Assembly (NCBI GenBank): GCA_026393865.1
Contig: JAPKZI010000010.1
Span: forward strand, 1,078 to 65,077
Length of the DNA stretch: 64,000 nucleotides
DNA from: Candidatus Aminicenantes bacterium
Lineage (GTDB): Bacteria > Acidobacteriota > Aminicenantia > Aminicenantales > UBA4085
Reading direction: 5' to 3'
Part shown: positions 9,384-18,370 of the stretch, piece by piece
Numbering within the stretch: the stretch's first letter is position 1
Layout: each line of letters starts with the position of its first letter
Translations under genes and position numbers: made by a program
Notes under the pieces: model-generated
What the model was told of the DNA's origin: nothing
Seen by the model: the letters and a program-made list of their open reading frames with translations, nothing else
Database searches by the model: none

Positions 9384-10298
9384 ATGAAATGGGGCATTAA
9401 GCCTGTCCTGGTCCTTCTCCTGACCGTTCTTACCGGGAGGTTCTCCGTCATGGGCGCAGCCCAAGATGCCGTCGATAGCCGATTGAAGTCGTTCCTGCCG
9501 TCGGATGTGCGGGGATGGAGGGCCGAGCCGGAGGACGCGGTCTATGACCGGGAGACCATCTTTGAATATATCGACGGCGCCGGCGAGGTCTACCGGGCCT
9601 ATAACTTCCGGCGGTTGCTCTCCCGGCGCTTCGTGAGGGACGGCAGGCCCGATCTCGTGGCCGACCTGTTCGACATGGGCGCGTCCTACGACGCTTTCGG
9701 GGTCTTCAGCAACGACCTGGAAGGGGAGGAGGCCGGCCTCGGTCAGGGATCGACCTATAATGGAGGCCTGCTGGCCTTCTGGAAGGACCGCTATTTCGTC
9801 TCGCTCTCCGCCGACCGGGAAACGGAGGAGACGAAGGCCGCCCTGTTCTCCTTGGGCCGCTCGATCGCCGCGTCCATCGAGCAGGAGGGCCCGAAACCGC
9901 CTTTGCTGACGCGCCTGCCCCCCGAGTTCGCTGAAGCGAAGGCCGTGCGGTATCTCCACAACCACATCATTCTCAACCGGCATTTCTTCGTCAGCCATGA
10001 CGATATCCTGGGTCTCGGCCGGGCGGACGGAGCGGTGTTGTCGAAACCCGGGAAAAAGGGCGAGAGGGGCGTCCTCCTCTTGGTCGAATACCCGACGGCA
10101 AAGACGGCATCAGACGCCTACGCCGACTTTTTGAAGATTTACATGCCCGACGCCAAGGAGCCGGGGAGCGTTCAGACCGAAGATAAGACGTGGACGGCGA
10201 CGACGCTCCGGGGAAAGCTCCTCGCGGTCGTTTTCCACGCGCCTTCGGAAGCGGCCGCGAAGGATGTTTTAAGCAGGATCAAATCCGGAGTGACATAA
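9384..10298 (+). CDS. Hypothetical secreted protein
   Basis: Signal peptide MKWGIKPVLVLLLTVLTG. No family recognised. The track ORF is extended upstream (from 8994) into an out-of-context region, so the start was trimmed. Confidence 0.5.
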   Translation: MKWGIKPVLVLLLTVLTGRFSVMGAAQDAVDSRLKSFLPSDVRGWRAEPEDAVYDRETIFEYIDGAGEVYRAYNFRRLLSRRFVRDGRPDLVADLFDMGASYDAFGVFSNDLEGEEAGLGQGSTYNGGLLAFWKDRYFVSLSADRETEETKAALFSLGRSIAASIEQEGPKPPLLTRLPPEFAEAKAVRYLHNHIILNRHFFVSHDDILGLGRADGAVLSKPGKKGERGVLLLVEYPTAKTASDAYADFLKIYMPDAKEPGSVQTEDKTWTATTLRGKLLAVVFHAPSEAAAKDVLSRIKSGVT

Positions 10299-10360
10299 AG
10301 ACACGTCTCGAATATCTTGAGATCGAGCGTGTCCGCGTCTTGAAAAAGGAGGTCCATCGA

Positions 10361-11302
10361 ATGGCCAAGAAGATCATCACTCGACGCGATTTTTTAAGGG
10401 CGGCGGCCGTCACGCCTCTCGCCGGGGCGATCGGCTGCTGCTGCACGGGCACGGCCGCCGTCGCGCCGAAGCCGGTCGCCGGGAGCGGCCAAGGAGTCGC
10501 CACTCTCCAGTCCGTTTCGCGCGCGTCGCGCGTCGTTCTTGTCCGGGACGAGAACGCCGTAACCGCCGGCCGGACGTTCAACGCCGAGGTGATCCAGAAG
10601 ATGCTGGACGACGCCGTCATGGCGTTGTTCGGCGAAAAGAGCCCGGCGGCCGCCTGGAAGAAGATCGTCAAGCCCGAGGACACCGTCGGGATCAAGACCA
10701 ACGCCTGGAGGCAGCTGCCGACGGGCAAAGAGGTCGAGGACGCGATTAAAAAGCGCGTCCTGGAAGCCGGCGTTCCCGCCGAAAAGGTCGCCGTCGCCGA
10801 CCGCGGCGTGTTGAACAATCCCATTTTTCAGAACGCGACGGTCCTGATCAACGCCCGCCCCGCCCGCGTCCATTACTGGTCCGGTCTGGGCAGCTGTGTC
10901 AAGAATTACATCCAGTTTGTCCCCAAGCCGTCAGAATATCATAACGACGCTTGCGCCGATCTGGCCACGATCTGGAACCTGCCCCTGGTCAAGGACAAGA
11001 CGAAGCTGAACATCCAGGTCATGCTGACGCCTCTTTTCCACAATATCGGGCCCAGCGGCTTCAACGAGAAGTATCTCTGGCCTTATAATGGATTGATCGT
11101 CGGACAGGACGTCGTAGCGGTGGATACCATGGCCTATCGTGTCATCCAGGCCAAACGGAAGCAGTTTTTCAACGAGGACCAGGCCCTCGAGACCTCCGCC
11201 CATCATATCGCCCTGGCCGATACCCGGCACAAGCTGGGCACGAGCGATCCCGGCAAGATCGACTTGATCAAGCTGGGCTGGACGGGCGAGATCCTGATTT
11301 AG
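10361..11302 (+). CDS. Tat-signal secreted protein of unknown function (possibly DUF362-like)
   Basis: RBS AAAGGAGG at 10345-10352. Twin-arginine motif TRRDFLRAAA followed by GCCC. The start was trimmed from the track ORF. Confidence 0.5.
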   Translation: MAKKIITRRDFLRAAAVTPLAGAIGCCCTGTAAVAPKPVAGSGQGVATLQSVSRASRVVLVRDENAVTAGRTFNAEVIQKMLDDAVMALFGEKSPAAAWKKIVKPEDTVGIKTNAWRQLPTGKEVEDAIKKRVLEAGVPAEKVAVADRGVLNNPIFQNATVLINARPARVHYWSGLGSCVKNYIQFVPKPSEYHNDACADLATIWNLPLVKDKTKLNIQVMLTPLFHNIGPSGFNEKYLWPYNGLIVGQDVVAVDTMAYRVIQAKRKQFFNEDQALETSAHHIALADTRHKLGTSDPGKIDLIKLGWTGEILI

Positions 11303-11958
11303 GACCGCGGCCCGAAGATCTTGGTCCCGATGCGGACCATGTTCGCGCCTTCCTCGACGGCGACCCGGTAGGAATTGGTCATGCCCATCGAGAGATGCTT
11401 CATCTCGACGCCGGGAAGACCGAGCGTTTTGGAGTCTTCGAACAGCCGTTTGGTGATCCGGAAGTAAGGCCGCGCGTCTTCCGGATCGCCTTCGAACGGC
11501 CCCATCGTCATCAGGCCTTGGACCCGGACGTTTTGAAGCGGGGCGACGGCCCGGAGGAGCGCTTCGGCGTCCTGGGGCCGCACGCCGAACTTCTGTCCTT
11601 CCTCGCCGCTGTTGATCTCGATCAGGACGTTCATGACCTTGCCGGCGGCGCGGCTGCGCTTATCGATCTCGGCGGCCAGGTCGGCCGAATCCACCGTCTC
11701 GATCATATCGAAGATCTCGACCGCTTTTTTAGCTTTGTTCGTCTGGAGGTGGCCGATGAAGTGCCATTGGGCCCGGCGCCCGACGGCGGCGAAGGCTTCG
11801 GCCGCTTCTTGAACATAATTCTCGCCGATGATCGCCGCGCCCGCTTCGACGGCTTCGAGAATTTCGGCGGGCGTCCTGGCTTTGGCCGCCGCGACGAGCC
11901 GGACGCCCGGCGGCAGTTCCGCTAGGATCCCGGCGACGTTGTCTCCGATGGAGGACAT
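11299..11958 (-). CDS. yggS: YggS-family pyridoxal-phosphate homeostasis protein (alanine-racemase-fold)
   Basis: LVAAAKARTPAEILEAVEAGAAIIGENYVQE...WHFIGHLQTNKAK matches the YggS/PLPBP pattern. Start taken at the internal Met (MSSIG). Confidence 0.8.
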   Translation of the reverse strand: MSSIGDNVAGILAELPPGVRLVAAAKARTPAEILEAVEAGAAIIGENYVQEAAEAFAAVGRRAQWHFIGHLQTNKAKKAVEIFDMIETVDSADLAAEIDKRSRAAGKVMNVLIEINSGEEGQKFGVRPQDAEALLRAVAPLQNVRVQGLMTMGPFEGDPEDARPYFRITKRLFEDSKTLGLPGVEMKHLSMGMTNSYRVAVEEGANMVRIGTKIFGPRS

Positions 11959-12081
11959 GATCAAAATCTTATCAGAACGGATCGCCCAAAGCAAAAACAC
12001 AGGCGCGGATCATCGGCTTCACTTGGGGCTTTATTCAGTCGCGCATTTCCTTTAATATAAAAGGAGCCGAGAAGTGGAACG

Positions 12082-13113
12082 ATGAACAACATCCGGGACC
12101 AGCTGGAAGAGACCGAAGCCCAGATCCTCTCGCCCAAGGCCTGCCTGAGCCGGAACTCGAAGGGCAGGGTCCGTGCGGAATCTCCCCATGCCTTCCGCAC
12201 CGCCTTCCAGCGCGACCGGGACCGGATCCTCCATTCCAAATCTTTCCGCCGCTTGAAACACAAGACGCAGGTCTTTCTGGCGCCGTTCGGCGATCACTAC
12301 CGGACGCGGCTCACCCATACTCTCGAGGTCTCCCAGATCGCCCGGACAATCGCCAAGGCGCTCCGGCTGAACGAGGACCTGACCGAAGCCATTGCCCTCG
12401 GCCATGACATCGGCCATACGCCTTTCGGCCATTCCGGGGAGGAGACGCTGGCCAAACTCCTGCCGGGAGGGTTCAGCCACTACGAGCAGAGCCTGCGCGT
12501 CGTGGAGAAACTCGAATATGACGGGAAAGGCCTTAACCTGACCTTCGAGGTGCGGGACGGCATCTCCCGCCATTCCAAGGGCCGCGGCAAGATCCTCGAC
12601 CGGAAGAAAGAGGACTTGCCGGCGACCCTCGAGGGCCAGATCGTGCGCGTTTCGGACGTGATCGGCTACGTCAACCACGATATCGACGACGCCCTCCGGG
12701 CGGGGATCATCAAGGAGAACGACATCCCCCGCCATCTCGTCGGAGTCCTCGGCCGCTGGCACGCCACCCGGATCGACAAGATGGTCGTCGATGTGGTCGA
12801 GTCCAGCCTGAAGGTCAACCTCGAGCGGATCGCCATGAGCGAGGGGATCATGAAAGCCGTCGTCGAGCTCCGGGATTTCCTCTACGAGCGCGTCTATTTC
12901 AACCCCGGCGCCCGCGAAGAGCTGCGGAAGACCGAGAAGATCATGCGCGATCTGTACGAATATCTGCGCGTGCATCCCGGCGGCTATATCCGGGATTATC
13001 CCGCCGGCGATCCTCTGGAGAAGCGCATCGGGGATTTCATCGCCGGCATGACCGATCGCTACGCTCTGACCCTGTTCGAGACGATCTTCTTCCCGCGCTC
13101 CTGGCAAAGCTAG
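12082..13113 (+). CDS. dgt: dGTP triphosphohydrolase-like HD-domain protein
   Basis: HD motif (HTLEV...[11 protein letters not shown]). N-terminal region conserved with short dGTPase-like proteins. RBS AAAGGAG upstream. Confidence 0.8.
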   Translation: MNNIRDQLEETEAQILSPKACLSRNSKGRVRAESPHAFRTAFQRDRDRILHSKSFRRLKHKTQVFLAPFGDHYRTRLTHTLEVSQIARTIAKALRLNEDLTEAIALGHDIGHTPFGHSGEETLAKLLPGGFSHYEQSLRVVEKLEYDGKGLNLTFEVRDGISRHSKGRGKILDRKKEDLPATLEGQIVRVSDVIGYVNHDIDDALRAGIIKENDIPRHLVGVLGRWHATRIDKMVVDVVESSLKVNLERIAMSEGIMKAVVELRDFLYERVYFNPGAREELRKTEKIMRDLYEYLRVHPGGYIRDYPAGDPLEKRIGDFIAGMTDRYALTLFETIFFPRSWQS

Positions 13114-13133
13114 GATCCGTCCGGAGGTCATTC

Positions 13134-16100
13134 ATGAGAAAAAAAATCGTTTTGCTGATCGCCTTCTATTTTGTCGTTCAGGTCTCTCTCCTGCGCGCCC
13201 AGGCCGTCCGGGCCTGGGAGGAAGCGCTGGTCATCCCGACCTACCTGGTCGCGCCGCCGGAGCCCAATCCGGTCTTTTTCAGCGGCCGGGCGTACCAGGG
13301 CGCCAAAGGGCCTGTCTACCCCTATCCTTTTTTGGACCGGCTCACCGATAAGCGCGTCGACCGATCCTACCGGGCCGTCTATCTCGAAAACAAATATGTC
13401 AAGATCTGCGTCCTGCCGGAGATCGGGGGCCGCCTCTTTTCCGCAGTCGATAAATCGAACGGATACGACTTCATCTACCGCCAGCACGTCGTCAAGCCGG
13501 CGCTCATCGGGATGCTGGGGGCATGGATCTCGGGAGGGGTCGAGTGGAACATCCCCCACCATCACCGGGCCACGACCTTCATGGAAGTCGACCACGCGAT
13601 CGTCCAGGACCGCGACGGGAGCGCCACCGTATGGGTCGGCGAGATCGAGCTCCGCCACCGCATGAAGTGGTCGGTCGGGCTGACGCTCCGTCCCGACACC
13701 TCCGTCATCGAGGTGACGATGAAGGTCTTCAACAGAACGCCGTTGGCCCAGGCCATGCTTGCCTGGGCCAACGTGGCCGTTCACGCCAATCCGGATTATC
13801 AGGTCTTTTTCCCGCCGGACGTCGAAATCGCCACGTTCCATGGGAAGAACCAGTTTTCCCGCTGGCCGCTTTCGGCCGAGATCTTCAACCGGCAGGACTA
13901 CACGAAAGGGGTGGATGTGAGCTGGTGGATGAGCCATGCCGCGCCGACCTCATTCTTCGCCTGGGAGGCGAAGGGGGACTTCTTGGCCGGCTATGACCAC
14001 GGCAAGGACGCCGGCGTCGCCTTCGTCGCCGATCACGCCTTCGTCCCCGGCAAGAAGCTCTGGACCTGGGGCACGGGAAACGAGGGCCGTTTATGGGAGC
14101 GGATCCTGACCGAGTCCGACGGACCTTACGCGGAGCTCATGATCGGAGCGTTCTCGGACAACCAGCCCGATTACAGTTGGATCCAGCCTTACGAAGTCCG
14201 GACGGTCAAGCAGAGCTGGTATCCGTTCCGCAAGCTCGGCGGAGTGAAAGCGGCGAATGAGAACGGAGCCTGCAATCTGACCGTGGAGGGTCAACATCGG
14301 GCCCGGATCGCCCTGCAGATGACGCGCGATTTCGGCGACGTGCGCATCAGGCTCAAATCCGGCGATCGGATTTGTTTTGAGGAGCTCGTTCCGGCCCGTC
14401 CCGAGGAGATCACAGTCAAAGACGTGCCGCTTCCGGCGGGCGCTGAAGAGGGAAGCCTGAGGCTGGAGATCACGGCCGTCGCTACGGGATATGAGCTGTT
14501 GATGTATGCCTCGCCGAAAAAAGAAAAGAGGCCCCTGCCGCCGGTCGTCACGGCGCCGCCCGCGCCGAAGGGCACCACCACGATCGAAGAGCTTTACCTC
14601 ACGGGGCTGCGCCTCGAACAGTTCTACAATCCGGCCTTAGAGCCCGGTCCTTATTACGAAGAGGCGCTGAAGCGCGATCCCGGCGATTACCGGACGAACA
14701 CCGCCCTCGGCCTTCTGAGCTTAAAGCGGGCCAGGTATCGCGACGCCGAGGAAAAACTGCGGCGGGCCGTGGAGCGGGCGACGATAAATTATACCCGGCC
14801 GAGGGATGGGGAAGCGCTCTACTATCTCGGCCTGGCCCTCAGAGCGCAGGGGAAAATCAAAGAAGCGGAAGAACTTTTCGGCCGGGCCGCTTGGACCCAG
14901 GCTTGGCGCTCGGCGAGCTTTCACCAGCTCGCGGAAACAGCCTGTTCGCGCGGCGACTTGAGGAAAGCGCTGGCTCTGGCCGATGCCTCTCTCGAAACGA
15001 ACAGCCTGAACAATAAAGCGCATGATCTGAAAGCGGCTTTGCTGCGGAGGGCGAACCGGCGGGCGGAAGCCCAGGACGCGATCTCCCGGGCGCTGACCCT
15101 CGACCGGCTGGATCCCTGGGCGTGGAATGAGCTGTATCTGTTGAAGAATACGGGCGGCATCCACGAGGATGTCGGCCGTGTCTATCAGGATTTGGCGCGG
15201 CTGATGCGGGATGCCGAGCCGAATTTTCTGGAATTGGCCGCCGATTACGGCGCCTGCGGTCTGTGGGACGAGGCGATCGGCGTCCTCGACCGCTTGGGAA
15301 GCCTCGCCAAGAAGGGCGCCAAAACTTTCCCCCTCCTGCACTATTTCCTGGCTTATTATTGGGATCGAAAAGGGGACGCGGCGAAGGCGACGGAGGCGCT
15401 TCTTCGGGCCGCCTCGCAACCGCCCGATTACGGCTTCCCCTTTCAGTCGGAATGCCTCGACGTCCTGGGCTGGGCTCAGACCCGGAATCCGAAGGACGGC
15501 CGCGCCCCTTACTATCTCGGGAATTATCTCTTCGATCTTCAGCCGGAAGCGGCCATGACCGAGTGGGAGAAAGCCGCGGCGCTTGACCCGAAAAACTCCG
15601 TCGGGCTTCGCGATCTCGGACTGTCCTACGCGCGGGTGAAGAATGACATTCCGCGGGCGATCGATCTTTATCGGAGGGCCCTCGCCGTGAATCCGGGCGA
15701 TCCGAAGCTCTATGCCGAACTGGACCAGCTCGAGGAGGCGGTCAGGGCTCCATTGGCCGGCCGTTTGGAGCGCCTGGAGAAGAACCAGGGCGTGGTCGAA
15801 CAGCGTGACGATGCCCTGACTCGCGAGGTCCTTCTGCTCGTCAGGCTCGGACGATACGACCGGGCCATCGAGCTCCTCTCGACGCATCATTTTCACGTCT
15901 GGGAAGGAGGCGGCGAGATCCATGGCGTCTTCGTCGACGCCCACCTCTTGCGGGGACAAAAATATCTGGACGCGGGCGACGCCCGCGCGGCGCTCAAGGA
16001 TTTCCAGACCGCTCTGACGTATCCGGCCAACCTTGAGGTGGGCGAGCCCTCTTCGGGAGGCGGATCGGCCAAGATCCAGTTTCTGATCGGATCGGCCCAG

Positions 16101-16553
16101 GACGTGCTGGGCGCGGGAGACCCGGCGCGCGACGCGTATGAAAAAGCGACGGCCTTCGGGCGCGGTTGGTCCGAGCAGAGCTATTATCAGGCCTTGGCCA
16201 ATCGAAAGCTGGGCCGCCAGGAGGAAGCCGTAAAGCTTCTGGATGGTCTCATCCGCTTCGCCGGCGAGAGATTGAAGTCGGCTCCGGCCCTGGATTTCTT
16301 CGAGAAATTCGGAGAAAAGCAGTCGGCGCTGGCCCAGAGCGCCCAAGCCCATTATCTTCTCGGCTTGGGGCATCTCGGCAAAGGCGAAGCGGCCGAAGCG
16401 CGGAAGGAATTTGAGAAAGCCCTGGAACTGAATTACGGACTGACCGGCGCGGCCCGCCTGCTTGATTTCGTATTGTCGCGCCCCCGGAAAAAAATTATAA
16501 TGTCCCCTTCGCTCACGCCCGAAAATGATTTAGAGGGAGAGAGGCTTCCATGA
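13134..16553 (+). CDS. Large secreted protein: N-terminal beta-rich domain (possibly DUF5107-like) with C-terminal TPR repeats
   Basis: Signal peptide MRKKIVLLIAFYFVVQVSLLRAQA. Multiple TPR-like helical repeats in the C-terminal ~600 aa. RBS GGAGG upstream. Confidence 0.6.
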   Translation: MRKKIVLLIAFYFVVQVSLLRAQAVRAWEEALVIPTYLVAPPEPNPVFFSGRAYQGAKGPVYPYPFLDRLTDKRVDRSYRAVYLENKYVKICVLPEIGGRLFSAVDKSNGYDFIYRQHVVKPALIGMLGAWISGGVEWNIPHHHRATTFMEVDHAIVQDRDGSATVWVGEIELRHRMKWSVGLTLRPDTSVIEVTMKVFNRTPLAQAMLAWANVAVHANPDYQVFFPPDVEIATFHGKNQFSRWPLSAEIFNRQDYTKGVDVSWWMSHAAPTSFFAWEAKGDFLAGYDHGKDAGVAFVADHAFVPGKKLWTWGTGNEGRLWERILTESDGPYAELMIGAFSDNQPDYSWIQPYEVRTVKQSWYPFRKLGGVKAANENGACNLTVEGQHRARIALQMTRDFGDVRIRLKSGDRICFEELVPARPEEITVKDVPLPAGAEEGSLRLEITAVATGYELLMYASPKKEKRPLPPVVTAPPAPKGTTTIEELYLTGLRLEQFYNPALEPGPYYEEALKRDPGDYRTNTALGLLSLKRARYRDAEEKLRRAVERATINYTRPRDGEALYYLGLALRAQGKIKEAEELFGRAAWTQAWRSASFHQLAETACSRGDLRKALALADASLETNSLNNKAHDLKAALLRRANRRAEAQDAISRALTLDRLDPWAWNELYLLKNTGGIHEDVGRVYQDLARLMRDAEPNFLELAADYGACGLWDEAIGVLDRLGSLAKKGAKTFPLLHYFLAYYWDRKGDAAKATEALLRAASQPPDYGFPFQSECLDVLGWAQTRNPKDGRAPYYLGNYLFDLQPEAAMTEWEKAAALDPKNSVGLRDLGLSYARVKNDIPRAIDLYRRALAVNPGDPKLYAELDQLEEAVRAPLAGRLERLEKNQGVVEQRDDALTREVLLLVRLGRYDRAIELLSTHHFHVWEGGGEIHGVFVDAHLLRGQKYLDAGDARAALKDFQTALTYPANLEVGEPSSGGGSAKIQFLIGSAQDVLGAGDPARDAYEKATAFGRGWSEQSYYQALANRKLGRQEEAVKLLDGLIRFAGERLKSAPALDFFEKFGEKQSALAQSAQAHYLLGLGHLGKGEAAEARKEFEKALELNYGLTGAARLLDFVLSRPRKKIIMSPSLTPENDLEGERLP

Positions 16554-18370
16554 ACCGCATCGCCGCCCTGGAGAAGATCGCCACGAGGCTCCGCGTCCAT
16601 TCCCTGAGGATGACGACCCAAGCCGGCTCGGGTCATCCGACGACCTGTCTGTCCATGGCCGAGTTGGCCGCCTGTCTGTTCTTCGGGGAGATGCGGTTCG
16701 ATCCCAAGGATCCCGAGAATTGGGGGAACGACGAGCTCGTCCTGTCCAAGGGACATGCTGCGCCGATCTTATGGGCAGCCTACGCCGAAGCGGGCCTCAT
16801 CCCTCTTTCCGAGTTGATGGGCCTCCGGAAGATCAGCAGCGACCTTGAGGGTCATCCGACGCCGCGCATGCCCTGGATCAAGGCCGCGACGGGCTCTTTA
16901 GGCCAGGGGCTTTCGATCGGCGCGGGGATGGCCGCGGCGATGAGACTCGGCCGGTCCCCCGGCCGCGTCTTCGTCGTCATGGGCGACGGCGAATGCGCTG
17001 AAGGCTCCGTCTGGGAAGCGGCCAATGCCGCCGCCTATTTCAAACTTAAGAACCTCTGCGCTATCGTCGATATCAACCGGCTCGGCCAGTCCGATCCGAC
17101 GATGCACCAGCGCGATACGGCCGCCTTCGCCCGGAAATTCCGGGCCTTCGGCTGGGACACGGTCACGGTTGACGGCCACCGGATCGAGGCGATCCTGGCC
17201 GCGTTCAAAAAAGCCGGAGCGAACGGACGGCCGACCGCGATCCTGGCCCGGACGATCAAGGGAAAAGGCGTTTCGTTCACCGAGGACAAGAACGGCTGGC
17301 ACGGCAAGCCGCTGAAAGAGGACGAACTGCGGGCGGCCCTCGAAGAGCTTGGGCCGATGCCGGACATAGACGCGGCGAAGCTCGTCCACCCGCCGAAAAA
17401 AGCGTCCCGGCCGCTGAGCGCCGGACGGTGCGATTTCGACAGGACGGCCTATAAAGAAAAAACCGCGACGCGGCTGGCCTATGGAAACGCGCTGGCGGCG
17501 CTGGGGAAGGTCCACGACGGCGTCGTGGTCCTCGACGGGGACGTCAAGAATTCGACTTATGCCGACAAGTTCTTCGAGGCGTTCCCGCGGCGGTCCTTCC
17601 AGTCGTTCATCGCCGAACAGAACATGGTCGGCATGGGCATGGGCTTCGCGGCCAAGGGATATGTGCCGTTCATGGCCACGTTCGCCGCCTTTTTGACCCG
17701 CGCCCACGACCAGGTCCGTATGGCCGCCTATTCGTTCTCCAACATCAAGCTCTGCGGCTCGCATGTCGGGGTGAGCATCGGCGAGGACGGCCCGTCGCAG
17801 ATGGGGCTCGAGGATTTGGCCATTTTTCGACCTATCCCGGGCTGCGTCATCCTTTATCCGGGAGATGCCTTTGCCGCCGAAGCGTGCCTGGAAGAGGCGG
17901 CCAAATATAAAGGAATGTGCTATATCCGGACGACGCGGCCGGCCACGCCTCTGCTCTATTCGAAGGACGAACGATTCCCGATCGGGGGTTCGAAGGTCGT
18001 GAGGAGAAGCGAAGCGGACAAGGTGACGGTGATCGCCGCGGGCATCACCCTCGTCGAGGCGCTGAAAGCTCATGACGAACTGAAGAAAGAGGGGATCGGG
18101 ATCCGGATCGTCGATGCCTATTCGGTCCAGCCTTTAGACCGGGAAAACATCCTGAAGAACGCCGCGGAGACCGGCGGCCGCGTCATCGTCGTCGAGGATC
18201 ATTTCGAGGGCGGGGGATTGGGGGACGCGGTGGCGTCGGCCCTGGCGGGCAAAGCCGTTCTTGCGCACCTTTGCGTCCGGGAACTGCCGCGCTCGGGAAA
18301 ACCGGACGAGCTCATGGACCGCTACGGCATCAGCGCCCGCCATATCGTGGCCGCGGTCAAAGAATTATAA
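16550..18370 (+). CDS. tkt: Transketolase (single polypeptide with N- and C-terminal sections fused)
   Basis: TPP-binding N-terminus (SGHPTTCLSMAEL, GDGECAEGSVWEA) with pyrimidine-binding and C-terminal domains. Overlaps the preceding gene by 4 nt. Confidence 0.85.
   Translation: MNRIAALEKIATRLRVHSLRMTTQAGSGHPTTCLSMAELAACLFFGEMRFDPKDPENWGNDELVLSKGHAAPILWAAYAEAGLIPLSELMGLRKISSDLEGHPTPRMPWIKAATGSLGQGLSIGAGMAAAMRLGRSPGRVFVVMGDGECAEGSVWEAANAAAYFKLKNLCAIVDINRLGQSDPTMHQRDTAAFARKFRAFGWDTVTVDGHRIEAILAAFKKAGANGRPTAILARTIKGKGVSFTEDKNGWHGKPLKEDELRAALEELGPMPDIDAAKLVHPPKKASRPLSAGRCDFDRTAYKEKTATRLAYGNALAALGKVHDGVVVLDGDVKNSTYADKFFEAFPRRSFQSFIAEQNMVGMGMGFAAKGYVPFMATFAAFLTRAHDQVRMAAYSFSNIKLCGSHVGVSIGEDGPSQMGLEDLAIFRPIPGCVILYPGDAFAAEACLEEAAKYKGMCYIRTTRPATPLLYSKDERFPIGGSKVVRRSEADKVTVIAAGITLVEALKAHDELKKEGIGIRIVDAYSVQPLDRENILKNAAETGGRVIVVEDHFEGGGLGDAVASALAGKAVLAHLCVRELPRSGKPDELMDRYGISARHIVAAVKEL

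Noticed and set aside
12082-13113. dGTPase as an anti-phage nucleotide-depletion defence gene
   Set aside because: Short housekeeping-type dGTPase-like HD proteins are common. There are no neighbouring defence genes or mobile-element context to support a defence role.
14721-16373. 550-aa minus-strand ORF, and similar long shadow ORFs at 16898-18073, 18707-19897, 30814-32178, 32635-33828 and 40898-42199
   Set aside because: Each is opposite a gene with clear homology-type motifs. GC-rich third-position bias produces long stop-free antisense frames.
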